Made by a program: the position numbers and the translations under genes. A DNA stretch of 64,000 nucleotides from a virus (taxonomy: Duplodnaviria > Heunggongvirae > Uroviricota > Caudoviricetes > Herelleviridae). Of this stretch, positions 1 to 6,648 are shown one piece after another; position 1 is the first letter of the stretch; every line of letters starts with the position of its first letter. The notes beneath the pieces are model-generated. The model was not told the DNA's origin. It made no database searches and saw nothing but the letters and a program-made list of their open reading frames with translations. Location: the IMG/VR virus record IMGVR_UViG_2974502414_000001. The stretch is one strand, 5' to 3'.

Positions 1-29
1 TAGAGGTAATTATGTTACAATAAGAGAAT

Positions 30-116
30 GGTAGGATAGGATAAACTTAGGATAGAAAATAATTTAGGATGAGTTACAATAGGATAGGATAGGATAGGGG
101 GTTAAGTTAGGATGGA
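30..116 (+). repeat. array of about 9 (T)AGGAT(A) motifs running into the ATG of ORF 112..351; a second cluster x3 at 338-364 precedes ORF 362
   Basis: read directly: taggataggata...aggataggataggatagggg...ttaggATGg and gtaggataggagggataggATGa; start codons are embedded in the motif. Confidence 0.6.
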
Positions 117-351
117 TACTTTAACATACACTATTATTCATAAAGAATCTGATAGGGTAATAGCTAGCGGTTTAAATGAGACAGAAACTATGAACTTAGT
201 TCAAAGGATGATAAATACTAATCTAGTTACTGATATATCATTAGATGATTATATACGCAGACCACATGGAAAGATAGATGTAGTCAATTTACTAGTAGAT
301 ATTAGAAGACAAGGCGTATTTGATTTCAATCACATTTGGCACGTAGGATAG
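112..351 (+). CDS. hypothetical early protein (79 aa)
   Basis: ORF track; AGGAT repeats serve as SD-like context; no recognisable domain. Confidence 0.5.
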   Translation: MDTLTYTIIHKESDRVIASGLNETETMNLVQRMINTNLVTDISLDDYIRRPHGKIDVVNLLVDIRRQGVFDFNHIWHVG

Positions 352-361
352 GAGGGATAGG

Positions 362-709
362 ATGATAGTTATATATACAGATGTTTCTAAGGATTATTTA
401 AAAGACGAGTTCTTACCTTGGCTTAATGAAAGGGATAGATACTTAGAATACTATAAAGATGAATTACCTGAGGATATAGATTCCTCTTATATTGTATCAG
501 TTGTATACTGTAAGGATATGGAAGGTCTATTAGAAAGAAAAGACATTGTTCTTGATAATAGTTATAATGAACCTGTAGCTTTATTAGGTGTTCCTGAGTT
601 TTTTGGTAATTATAGTAATTATTTCTATTATAGAGGAGAAAGTATTAGTAAACATGACCTAGGAGAAATTGTTAGGTTAAAAGCTTGGCAACGTATGGGT
701 GGGGATTGA
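362..709 (+). CDS. hypothetical early protein (115 aa)
   Basis: ORF track; ATG embedded in AGGAT repeat; no domain recognised. Confidence 0.5.
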   Translation: MIVIYTDVSKDYLKDEFLPWLNERDRYLEYYKDELPEDIDSSYIVSVVYCKDMEGLLERKDIVLDNSYNEPVALLGVPEFFGNYSNYFYYRGESISKHDLGEIVRLKAWQRMGGD

Positions 710-793
710 CTAAGTAGCTCTCCCTAATTTCACTAAGTAGCTCCCTAGGAATTGCCTAAGTAGCTCGGTATGATTTTACCCTAAGTAGCTCCC
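710..793. repeat. 4 direct repeats of CTAAGTAGCTC(C) spaced 22-25 bp (iteron-like)
   Basis: read directly at 710-720, 733-744, 756-766, 781-793. Confidence 0.7.
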
Positions 794-827
794 TCTGTTT
801 TCTACTAGTTTATTTTAACCGCTTCAG

Positions 828-896
828 GTGTCTATATATATAGACGGTTGGAATAATATCAGACCGCAAAAATAAATACACTAGGATATTATTCCC
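828..896. repeat. 16-bp perfect palindrome GTCTATATATATAGAC (828-843) followed by 11-bp inverted repeat GGAATAATATC / GATATTATTCC (846-856 / 886-896)
   Basis: read directly; intergenic, downstream of iteron array. Confidence 0.6.
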
Positions 897-914
897 AGTG
901 TATTATATAATTTT

Positions 915-1253
915 TTATAGAATATTTATAACATTGTATTCAAATTCATTTACTTCATGTTGTGATTTAATTAAATTTTTAATTAATCCGTTTTGTGTTT
1001 TATACTCTTTTATTAGTTTTTCATTTTCTATAATTAAATTATTAAATTCTTCTTTTGTTGTTTCCTCATCTACATAAAATTTACTTTCATATATTTCATA
1101 ATATTTTTTATCTGTTCCGCCATCTAAATCATCTGATATTTGATAATTTTTGAATATAATTTCTTTTGTTTCTAATTCATTTACTAATAATTGTGATTTT
1201 GCATATTGTAATACATCTTCATTGTCCCACATTGGAATATAGTTTATTTTCAT
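915..1253 (-). CDS. hypothetical protein (112 aa), reverse-oriented gene inside early region
   Basis: ORF track; RBS aaaaggatttgatttaaATG shared with other early genes; own promoter at 1339-1367. Confidence 0.55.
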   Translation of the reverse strand: MKINYIPMWDNEDVLQYAKSQLLVNELETKEIIFKNYQISDDLDGGTDKKYYEIYESKFYVDEETTKEEFNNLIIENEKLIKEYKTQNGLIKNLIKSQHEVNEFEYNVINIL

Positions 1254-1338
1254 TTAAATCAAATCCTTTTCTTATAATTTTTTTATATAATATTTGTAGA
1301 AGCGGTTGGGGTTTGTCCCTTGCCTTACTACACTTTAT

Positions 1339-1367
1339 ATATTACAGTATAGTTATTCAGAAGTCAA
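1339..1367 (-). promoter_or_regulatory. sigma-A-like promoter TTGACT-17-TAATAT for ORF 915..1253
   Basis: reverse complement of 1362-1367 = TTGACT, of 1339-1344 = TAATAT, 17-nt spacer. Confidence 0.5.
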
Positions 1368-1461
1368 TACTTTTGAGTAACTTTTTTTAAATTCTTTTTT
1401 CTTCTATATAATAGTAGTTTTTAGCCCTAAAAATGTTTTTAAAAGAATTTGCATTTTCTTA

Positions 1462-1490
1462 TTGACTTTATTATCATATGGTAGTAATAT
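1462..1490 (+). promoter_or_regulatory. sigma-A-like promoter TTGACT-17-TAATAT upstream of ORF 1564
   Basis: TTGACT 1462-1467, TAATAT 1485-1490. Confidence 0.5.
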
Positions 1491-1563
1491 AAAGGTACAG
1501 CAAGGGAACAGCAACAAGATATTAGAATTATATAAAAAAATTATTTAATTGGAGATGATTTAA

Positions 1564-1872
1564 ATGGATGTAAAAGAAATTGCAAATACTATAATGGAGT
1601 TGTGGCAAATGGACGGCTACAGATGTGCAGAACCTCCATTATATGAAAGCACACTAAACCACACACGCACACACACGGCGTTAATTGTTTCTATTAATGG
1701 AAACTATGACACAGTGCAGATGTTCCGCAAAACGCCTATAATGAGCATGAGAGGGCAAAGCCAACCGGCTAGCATGTTAGTTAATGTGATTGACGATGTA
1801 ATTATAATCGTATATGAAAATGTAGTGTACGGAGTTCAAAACAAAGAAATAAAATTTATTGAAGAAATTTAA
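1564..1872 (+). CDS. hypothetical early protein (102 aa)
   Basis: ORF track; RBS ggagatgatttaaATG; locally GC-richer codons. Confidence 0.5.
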   Translation: MDVKEIANTIMELWQMDGYRCAEPPLYESTLNHTRTHTALIVSINGNYDTVQMFRKTPIMSMRGQSQPASMLVNVIDDVIIIVYENVVYGVQNKEIKFIEEI

Positions 1873-1971
1873 AAATAGGGGTTGCAATCCTCAAGCATCT
1901 ATAGTAATATAATAGGTGTAGGGGATAGCAACACACCTTAAAAAACTTTTTAAAAAAGTTAAAGAAAAGTG

Positions 1972-2000
1972 TTGACACCTTACAAGATACATGTTATTAT
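1972..2000 (+). promoter_or_regulatory. sigma-A-like promoter TTGACA-17-TATTAT
   Basis: TTGACA 1972-1977, TATTAT 1995-2000. Confidence 0.6.
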
Positions 2001-2068
2001 TAGTATAGAAGTTAAGACAAGCCACATAGCAAATAACGAAATTAAATAAAAAAATTATAGAATAGGAT

Positions 2069-2365
2069 TTGATTATTATGACAAACAAAAATTACTTATA
2101 CGAAGAAACTCACACAGTACAAGGGCAAGACATTACGGCTTTCAGAATTCCAAATGACGCAAACGGCAACCCACGTTATGTAGTGAATTTCAGGGACTTA
2201 GGTATCGGATTATGGGACTATGACAACATCAATAAACTTTACGGATTTAATAAATATCGTGCCAAATGGTTTGGCGGTGGTGTAGTATTCCAAAGCTATA
2301 ATATAGAAGATACATTAAATTTTGCACTAGATAATGTTAAAGAAATAGAAGCGGTTAAGAATTAA
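2069..2365 (+). CDS. hypothetical early protein (98 aa), N-terminus MIIMTN paralogous to ORF 4833
   Basis: ORF track; shared initiation region aggatttgattattATGacaaa with ORF 4833. Confidence 0.55.
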   Translation: MIIMTNKNYLYEETHTVQGQDITAFRIPNDANGNPRYVVNFRDLGIGLWDYDNINKLYGFNKYRAKWFGGGVVFQSYNIEDTLNFALDNVKEIEAVKN

Positions 2366-2374
2366 AACCGCTTC
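2348..2374 (+). terminator. hairpin GAAGCGGTT-loop-AACCGCTTC overlapping stop codon of ORF 2069..2365
   Basis: 9-bp stem, 9-nt loop; weak T-run after, so could be an RNA structure or binding site rather than a terminator. Confidence 0.4.
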
Positions 2375-2414
2375 TGAATTAAATAAAAAATTTATATAAA
2401 AAGGATATGATAAT

Positions 2415-2606
2415 ATGAAATTTAAAATAGAAAAAAATAATAGTGATATAAAAACTTTATGGAATTTAGCAAAAAATGGATATATGAGCTATCAAACTGT
2501 ACACAATATATTTAAAAATGAATCAGATGAATTTATTATATTTAACAGTAAACAAACTTATAATAAATTTATGAAATTAAGATATAATAGAAGTGCAATA
2601 CAATAA
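2415..2606 (+). CDS. hypothetical small protein (63 aa)
   Basis: ORF track; RBS aaaaaggatatgataatATG. Confidence 0.4.
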   Translation: MKFKIEKNNSDIKTLWNLAKNGYMSYQTVHNIFKNESDEFIIFNSKQTYNKFMKLRYNRSAIQ

Positions 2607-2714
2607 TATAAAAAAAATTATACAATTCCCTAGGATTAGATTTCTAGGGATTTTTATTTATTTTAATTTATATAAAAAAATTATTTAATAAATAAGTTAG
2701 TGTAAAATTGACTA

Positions 2715-2744
2715 TTGACAAGGTTGTATTTTTTATGGTATAAT
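2715..2744 (+). promoter_or_regulatory. near-consensus sigma-A promoter TTGACA-18-TGgTATAAT (extended -10) with no ORF downstream
   Basis: TTGACA 2715-2720, TGG 2736-2738, TATAAT 2739-2744. Confidence 0.65.
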
Positions 2745-2899
2745 GAAGTGAAGACCTTTTTTAGTATAAAAAAATTATTATATAAAAAATTTATATTAAA
2801 TGATTTTAGAAACGCTCTTTCCCGGAACCTCTTCTCTTATATAGCGGACACGTAGGCTCCTTACCGCTTTCTTACTATACTTATAGTATACTATAGAAA

Positions 2900-2933
2900 A
2901 AAGAAAAGGTCAACCCTTTTCTTTAATCTTTTT
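2900..2933 (+). terminator. intrinsic terminator (10-bp stem AAAGAAAAGG/CCTTTTCTTT, loop TCAAC, T-run)
   Basis: stem 2900-2909 / 2915-2924, T-run 2926-2932; overlaps stop of reverse HNH ORF. Confidence 0.7.
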
Positions 2934-3411
2934 TATATTTTTTTATAATTCTTCTAACGGTTATTTCACTTATATTATATTCCTTTGCTAACATAGGTTG
3001 AGTGTACTTTCTAGGCTTGTATTTGCTTGCTATGGCTTTTCTTTCATCTTCTGTTAATGCATAACCCCTATTATACCTATTGAAAGTATTGTCTTTATGG
3101 TGCCTTTTATTGTGTTCTGACGGGCTAATACATTCTAGGTTATCAATACAATTATTTTGTTTGTTACCGTCTATATGGTGTACATGGTTTGATTTAATAA
3201 AATCATTGCCAAAATATTCATATACAAGTCTATGCACCATGTGTTTTTTATTATTGACCCTTACGGTTAAATATCCGTCACGGTCTTGATGTACTTTACT
3301 CAACCTATCATTTATTTTTACCCTACCTAAATTAGAAACATAAAAATTATATTTATTAAAGTATTCTTTTTTTATAGGTTTCCAAATTTCATTAATTTTA
3401 TTTTCAACCAT
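2923..3411 (-). CDS. HNH homing endonuclease (NUMOD4-like N-terminus YVSNLGRVKI, HNH core HHIDGNKQNNCIDNLE) inserted antisense among early genes
   Basis: ORF track 162 aa; motif reading; own consensus promoter 3444-3472. Confidence 0.85.
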   Translation of the reverse strand: MVENKINEIWKPIKKEYFNKYNFYVSNLGRVKINDRLSKVHQDRDGYLTVRVNNKKHMVHRLVYEYFGNDFIKSNHVHHIDGNKQNNCIDNLECISPSEHNKRHHKDNTFNRYNRGYALTEDERKAIASKYKPRKYTQPMLAKEYNISEITVRRIIKKYKKD

Positions 3412-3443
3412 TTTTTTACTCCTCCTTTTTTGGTATCACTTCC

Positions 3444-3472
3444 ATTATATAATAATTCGGTCTTAATGTCAA
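3444..3472 (-). promoter_or_regulatory. consensus sigma-A promoter TTGACA-17-TATAAT driving HNH ORF
   Basis: reverse complement of 3467-3472 = TTGACA, of 3444-3449 = TATAAT. Confidence 0.65.
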
Positions 3473-3517
3473 TAGATAAATGTAAAAAAGTTTTTTAAAT
3501 TAATTTCATTAAATCTA

Positions 3518-3546
3518 TTGACTTTAATATCATTATAGTTTAATAT
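3518..3546 (+). promoter_or_regulatory. sigma-A-like promoter TTGACT-17-TAATAT
   Basis: TTGACT 3518-3523, TAATAT 3541-3546. Confidence 0.5.
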
Positions 3547-3578
3547 AAAGGTATACCAAATGAAAGGGATTGAACAAA

Positions 3579-3737
3579 ATGATAAAATTCAAATGGAAAA
3601 ACAAAACAATTAAATCAACTCAAAAAACGGATAACATTCTATTACTTATTATAGGTGGTTTAGTTGCAACAATCACACCTAAACTTGTAAACTGGTTTTT
3701 ACTACTACAAGATAATATAAATATTTTTTTAAGATAA
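3579..3737 (+). CDS. small membrane protein (52 aa, below ORF-track cutoff)
   Basis: manual translation MIKFKWKNKTIKSTQKTDNILLLIIGGLVATITPKLVNWFLLLQDNINIFLR; one TM segment; promoter 3518 upstream. Confidence 0.35.
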   Translation: MIKFKWKNKTIKSTQKTDNILLLIIGGLVATITPKLVNWFLLLQDNINIFLR

Positions 3738-3740
3738 CTA

Positions 3741-3769
3741 TTGACAACCTAGAAACAACATGTTAATAT
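3741..3769 (+). promoter_or_regulatory. sigma-A-like promoter TTGACA-17-TAATAT
   Basis: TTGACA 3741-3746, TAATAT 3764-3769. Confidence 0.55.
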
Positions 3770-3797
3770 TAAGATAACAAATAAATCAATAAAGGAA

Positions 3798-3938
3798 ATG
3801 ATAAAAATGAAAAAAATCACAACAACTTTAAACTTAATCGGCATGAAAAATAATGAAAGGTTTACAGAAGAGTTAAAAAACTACCGTCAAGATGTTACTT
3901 TCTTGAAAGCAAATAAAATTGTAAAATATTCAAAATAA
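3798..3938 (+). CDS. small hypothetical protein (about 46 aa, below cutoff)
   Basis: manual translation MIKMKKITTTLNLIGMKNNERFTEELKNYRQDVTFLKANKIVKYSK; RBS aaaggaaATG; stop TAA 3936-3938. Confidence 0.4.
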   Translation: MIKMKKITTTLNLIGMKNNERFTEELKNYRQDVTFLKANKIVKYSK

Positions 3939-3941
3939 GGC

Positions 3942-3970
3942 TTGACAACTTAAACACTACATGTTATTAT
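3942..3970 (+). promoter_or_regulatory. sigma-A-like promoter TTGACA-17-TATTAT immediately followed by hairpin 3987-4006
   Basis: TTGACA 3942-3947, TATTAT 3965-3970. Confidence 0.55.
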
Positions 3971-3986
3971 TAAGGTACAAGGTAAG

Positions 3987-4006
3987 GGAAGCGGTCAACC
4001 GCTTCC
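3987..4006 (+). other. hairpin GGAAGCGG-tcaa-CCGCTTCC carrying the GAAGCGGT motif, no T-run
   Basis: read directly; 8-bp stem; between tandem promoters. Confidence 0.5.
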
Positions 4007-4035
4007 AACCTAAATAAAAAAGTTTAAAAAAACTA

Positions 4036-4064
4036 TTGACAGTCACTTGAAACCATGATATTAT
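4036..4064 (+). promoter_or_regulatory. sigma-A-like promoter TTGACA-17-TATTAT
   Basis: TTGACA 4036-4041, TATTAT 4059-4064. Confidence 0.6.
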
Positions 4065-4094
4065 TAAGATAACAAAAAACAAACAGAAAAGGAA

Positions 4095-4427
4095 TTGATT
4101 ATAATGAAATTTATCAAAACTATCGAAAACTTATTAACTAAAGCAGAAAACAAAGGGCAAGCAATTTTAAACGGTCGTTATTATGACGGATATAGAAACG
4201 GTGAGCTTGAGGAAAAATATGCAATCGAAATTGATGGCAACAAATTAATTATGCGTCATTGGGGTACACAAACAATTGAGATTGACTTAAGCATAAATGA
4301 AATTGTTTCATACTATGGTGAAAGCAATTCAGACCGTGACAGTTTAAACACACTTGTATATTGCTTAGGAATTGCGCCAAACTTTAGATACTTACCAAGC
4401 AAAGACTTGTTCATTTACGAAAATTAA
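4095..4427 (+). CDS. hypothetical early protein (110 aa)
   Basis: ORF track; RBS aaaaggaattgattataATG. Confidence 0.55.
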   Translation: MIIMKFIKTIENLLTKAENKGQAILNGRYYDGYRNGELEEKYAIEIDGNKLIMRHWGTQTIEIDLSINEIVSYYGESNSDRDSLNTLVYCLGIAPNFRYLPSKDLFIYEN

Positions 4428-4432
4428 TTAAA

Positions 4433-4469
4433 TAAAGGGCTTGACTTTCAAGCCCTACCATGTTATTAT
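4433..4469 (+). promoter_or_regulatory. hairpin AGGGCTTGA-ctt-TCAAGCCCT overlapping -35 of promoter TTGACT-17-TATTAT
   Basis: TTGACT 4441-4446, TATTAT 4464-4469; stem 4433-4441 / 4445-4453. Confidence 0.55.
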
Positions 4470-4517
4470 TAAATTGTAAGGTAATCAAGCACAACGACAA
4501 AATAAACTGAAAAGGAA

Positions 4518-4763
4518 TTGATACAAATGAAATTAATCAATAGAGATAATGAAATCGTAATTAGCATAGCAACACTTGAGAGTGTAAAACAAGCCCTAAT
4601 TTGGGAGTACATCGACCACTTAGATAATAACATCCTAGACAAAGAAATACATGACCAGGAAGCGGTTGTTATTACTTCAGACACTTTGCAATCACTCAAA
4701 TTTGCGGACACTATGGAAGAACTAGAAGAATATGTAAACGACATCGGTTGGAAATTAGTTTAG
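4518..4763 (+). CDS. hypothetical early protein (81 aa)
   Basis: ORF track; RBS aaaaggaattgatacaaATG; contains GAAGCGGTT (EAV). Confidence 0.55.
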   Translation: MIQMKLINRDNEIVISIATLESVKQALIWEYIDHLDNNILDKEIHDQEAVVITSDTLQSLKFADTMEELEEYVNDIGWKLV

Positions 4764-4772
4764 AAAAGGTAT

Positions 4773-4801
4773 TGACATCCTAACATATAGATGGTAATAT
4801 A
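4773..4801 (+). promoter_or_regulatory. sigma-A-like promoter TTGACA-17-TGgTAATAT
   Basis: TTGACA 4773-4778, TAATAT 4796-4801. Confidence 0.6.
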
Positions 4802-4832
4802 AGAGTATAGAAAAAATAAAAAAGAAAAGGAT

Positions 4833-5312
4833 TTGATTATTATGACAAATACAATACAAGCATTTTTACAAGGACAAGAAGCAAGCACAGTTAAGGACGT
4901 AGCAACTCATGGAGTACAAAGCGGAGCAATTGGCAAATTAATCTACACATCAGACGTAGTAAACTTCTTTGATAGTTACGAGCAGGACATTGAAGCGGTC
5001 ATCACTGAATACATTGAAGAGGTTACAGGACAACAATATTATGACTTATTGAACTATGAGCTTATGAGAGACCTCGAGAATTATGCAAATGTAGAATTTG
5101 AAGACGAAGACGAATATAATAACATTCAATTTGACCTAGCAGAAAACATTGCTTCTGATGAGGTTGAAGGATTTGAAGACATGGACGAAGCAGACCGGGC
5201 GGAAGCAATCTATGAGGCTATGGATGATGTTGAATTAGAACTACAAGAAACTGACAAGGTTCAATATGTTAATCTAGCGGTTGAGATTGTAGCTCAAAGA
5301 ATGGCACTATAG
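4833..5312 (+). CDS. acidic hypothetical early protein (159 aa)
   Basis: ORF track; RBS aaaaggatttgattattATG; contains GAAGCGGTC (EAV). Confidence 0.55.
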   Translation: MIIMTNTIQAFLQGQEASTVKDVATHGVQSGAIGKLIYTSDVVNFFDSYEQDIEAVITEYIEEVTGQQYYDLLNYELMRDLENYANVEFEDEDEYNNIQFDLAENIASDEVEGFEDMDEADRAEAIYEAMDDVELELQETDKVQYVNLAVEIVAQRMAL

Positions 5313-5321
5313 AAAGCACAC

Positions 5322-5343
5322 AGAGAAGCTTAACCGCTTCTCT
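5322..5343 (+). other. hairpin AGAGAAGC-ttaacc-GCTTCTCT after ORF 4833..5312
   Basis: read directly; no T-run. Confidence 0.4.
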
Positions 5344-5361
5344 AATACAATTAATCAGGAG

Positions 5362-5544
5362 ATGTTGAAGATGAATACAAGACGGGTAAACAGAGCGTTA
5401 AACGAAGCAGTTAGATTATTAGATGAACAAATAGCAGATACTCAAAAGACTATGCAGGAGTTGAATAAACAACTAGAGAAGCAAATAAAGGCTAAGCAAG
5501 AGCTAATGGTATTAGTTGATGTTATGAATGGTGATGATGAGTAA
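5362..5544 (+). CDS. hypothetical small protein (60 aa, coiled-coil-like)
   Basis: ORF track. Confidence 0.45.
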   Translation: MLKMNTRRVNRALNEAVRLLDEQIADTQKTMQELNKQLEKQIKAKQELMVLVDVMNGDDE

Positions 5545-5813
5545 TGAACATTAGAGAGGTTCACAATGTCGTTAAGAGTGCTAAGAGCAAACTCCTGCAG
5601 GAGCAGGCTCACCCAACGGATAACCTCATAGAGCAGTACATCACAGAGGAGCTACACAGACGCACACAGGGAAGTGGAACAATACAGATGAACAATAACA
5701 CCGCTTCATATAGTAATGGCTCATATGGTATCTTAGAAGAGCTTAGAGAAGCTTATGACCTATCTTCATTATCCACTGAAGAGATTAAAGAACTACTACA
5801 AACATTTGTTTAA
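5544..5813 (+). CDS. hypothetical protein (89 aa)
   Basis: ORF track; ATG overlaps previous stop (TGAATGA). Confidence 0.45.
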   Translation: MNIREVHNVVKSAKSKLLQEQAHPTDNLIEQYITEELHRRTQGSGTIQMNNNTASYSNGSYGILEELREAYDLSSLSTEEIKELLQTFV

Positions 5814-5831
5814 ATTATTTTATCAAAACGC

Positions 5832-5861
5832 TTTACAATCTTTTAGTTTGTATGGTATAAT
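5832..5861 (+). promoter_or_regulatory. promoter TTTACA-18-TGgTATAAT
   Basis: TTTACA 5832-5837, TATAAT 5856-5861. Confidence 0.55.
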
Positions 5862-5888
5862 GAACTTAACAAATTAAAAGAAAAGGAA

Positions 5889-6077
5889 ATGATGAACATG
5901 AGAAACTTATTAGAGCAGGAACAATTAGAAAAAGATGTAAAAGACATTATTTGGGTATTAGATAGAATGATTGCTAAAGGAGAACAATACACTGAAGCTT
6001 ACGATATTTTAGTTAACAAATTAGAAAGACAAGAAAAAAGAATCGTAGAAATAAAAAAACAAAATGGAATATTTTAA
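5889..6077 (+). CDS. hypothetical small protein (62 aa)
   Basis: ORF track; RBS aaaggaaatgatgaacATG. Confidence 0.5.
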   Translation: MMNMRNLLEQEQLEKDVKDIIWVLDRMIAKGEQYTEAYDILVNKLERQEKRIVEIKKQNGIF

Positions 6078-6087
6078 ATAACAAAAT

Positions 6088-6116
6088 AGAGGGAATAAAA
6101 TCCCTCTTTTATTTTT
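6088..6116 (+). terminator. intrinsic terminator AGAGGGA-ataaaa-TCCCTCT plus T-run; ends the plus-strand early block
   Basis: read directly. Confidence 0.75.
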
Positions 6117-6248
6117 ATCCTATTATATAATTTTTTTATATTATACGGGGGCAGGGGTAAAATGCCACTCAATGGGGGTGGGTCTATATACCCCTATGGT
6201 CTACCCAGGTACTTATTTTTTGGGGAAAATTATGAAAATAAATATTTA

Positions 6249-6376
6249 AAAGTCAACACCTAAAATATAGAAAGTAAGTCAACACCCTATATTAAAAGTC
6301 AACATTATAACCCCTCCCTGTAAGTCAATAATTTATAGTACAAATAGACAACCTCTAAATATAAAGTCAACATACC
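6249..6376. repeat. iteron array: AAGTCAACA x4 perfect (6251, 6277, 6297, 6365) plus variants AGTCAATA (6323) and AGACAACC (6345), spacing about 20-26 bp, preceded by G-rich tracts 6120-6230
   Basis: read directly; ORF-free; bounded by convergent terminators. Confidence 0.7.
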
Positions 6377-6380
6377 TAAA

Positions 6381-6408
6381 ATAAAAAAGAGGGAAATTAA
6401 ATCCCTCC
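6381..6408 (-). terminator. intrinsic terminator for minus-strand block (hairpin GAGGGAtttaatTTCCCTC plus T-run on minus strand)
   Basis: reverse complement reading. Confidence 0.7.
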
Positions 6409-6410
6409 TC

Positions 6411-6647
6411 TTAGGTATTATTAACAAACTCTAATTCATGTATAGTAATCATATCCATTCCATAGAAATCTCTTGGGTCTCCTTTAATGAACTCTTGCTC
6501 TCCTCTATGGTTTGTTTCCTCTTTATAACCTTCTTCTTTAATACGTTTAATTAAGTTCTCCTTATCTGTATATATCTTATCTTCTCTAAAATGGAAGTTA
6601 TCTTCATAAGGTTCACAATTATCATGTTCTACTTGGTATAGTTTCAT
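6411..6647 (-). CDS. hypothetical protein (78 aa)
   Basis: ORF track. Confidence 0.5.
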   Translation of the reverse strand: MKLYQVEHDNCEPYEDNFHFREDKIYTDKENLIKRIKEEGYKEETNHRGEQEFIKGDPRDFYGMDMITIHELEFVNNT

Positions 6648-6648
6648 A

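Noticed and set aside
1166-1390. ORF-track CDS (74 aa, plus strand)
   Set aside because: Low-complexity I/L/F-rich frame antisense to the real minus-strand gene 915..1253, and covering its promoter.
3080-3289. ORF-track CDS inside the HNH gene (opposite strand)
   Set aside because: Antisense frame of a well-supported HNH ORF.
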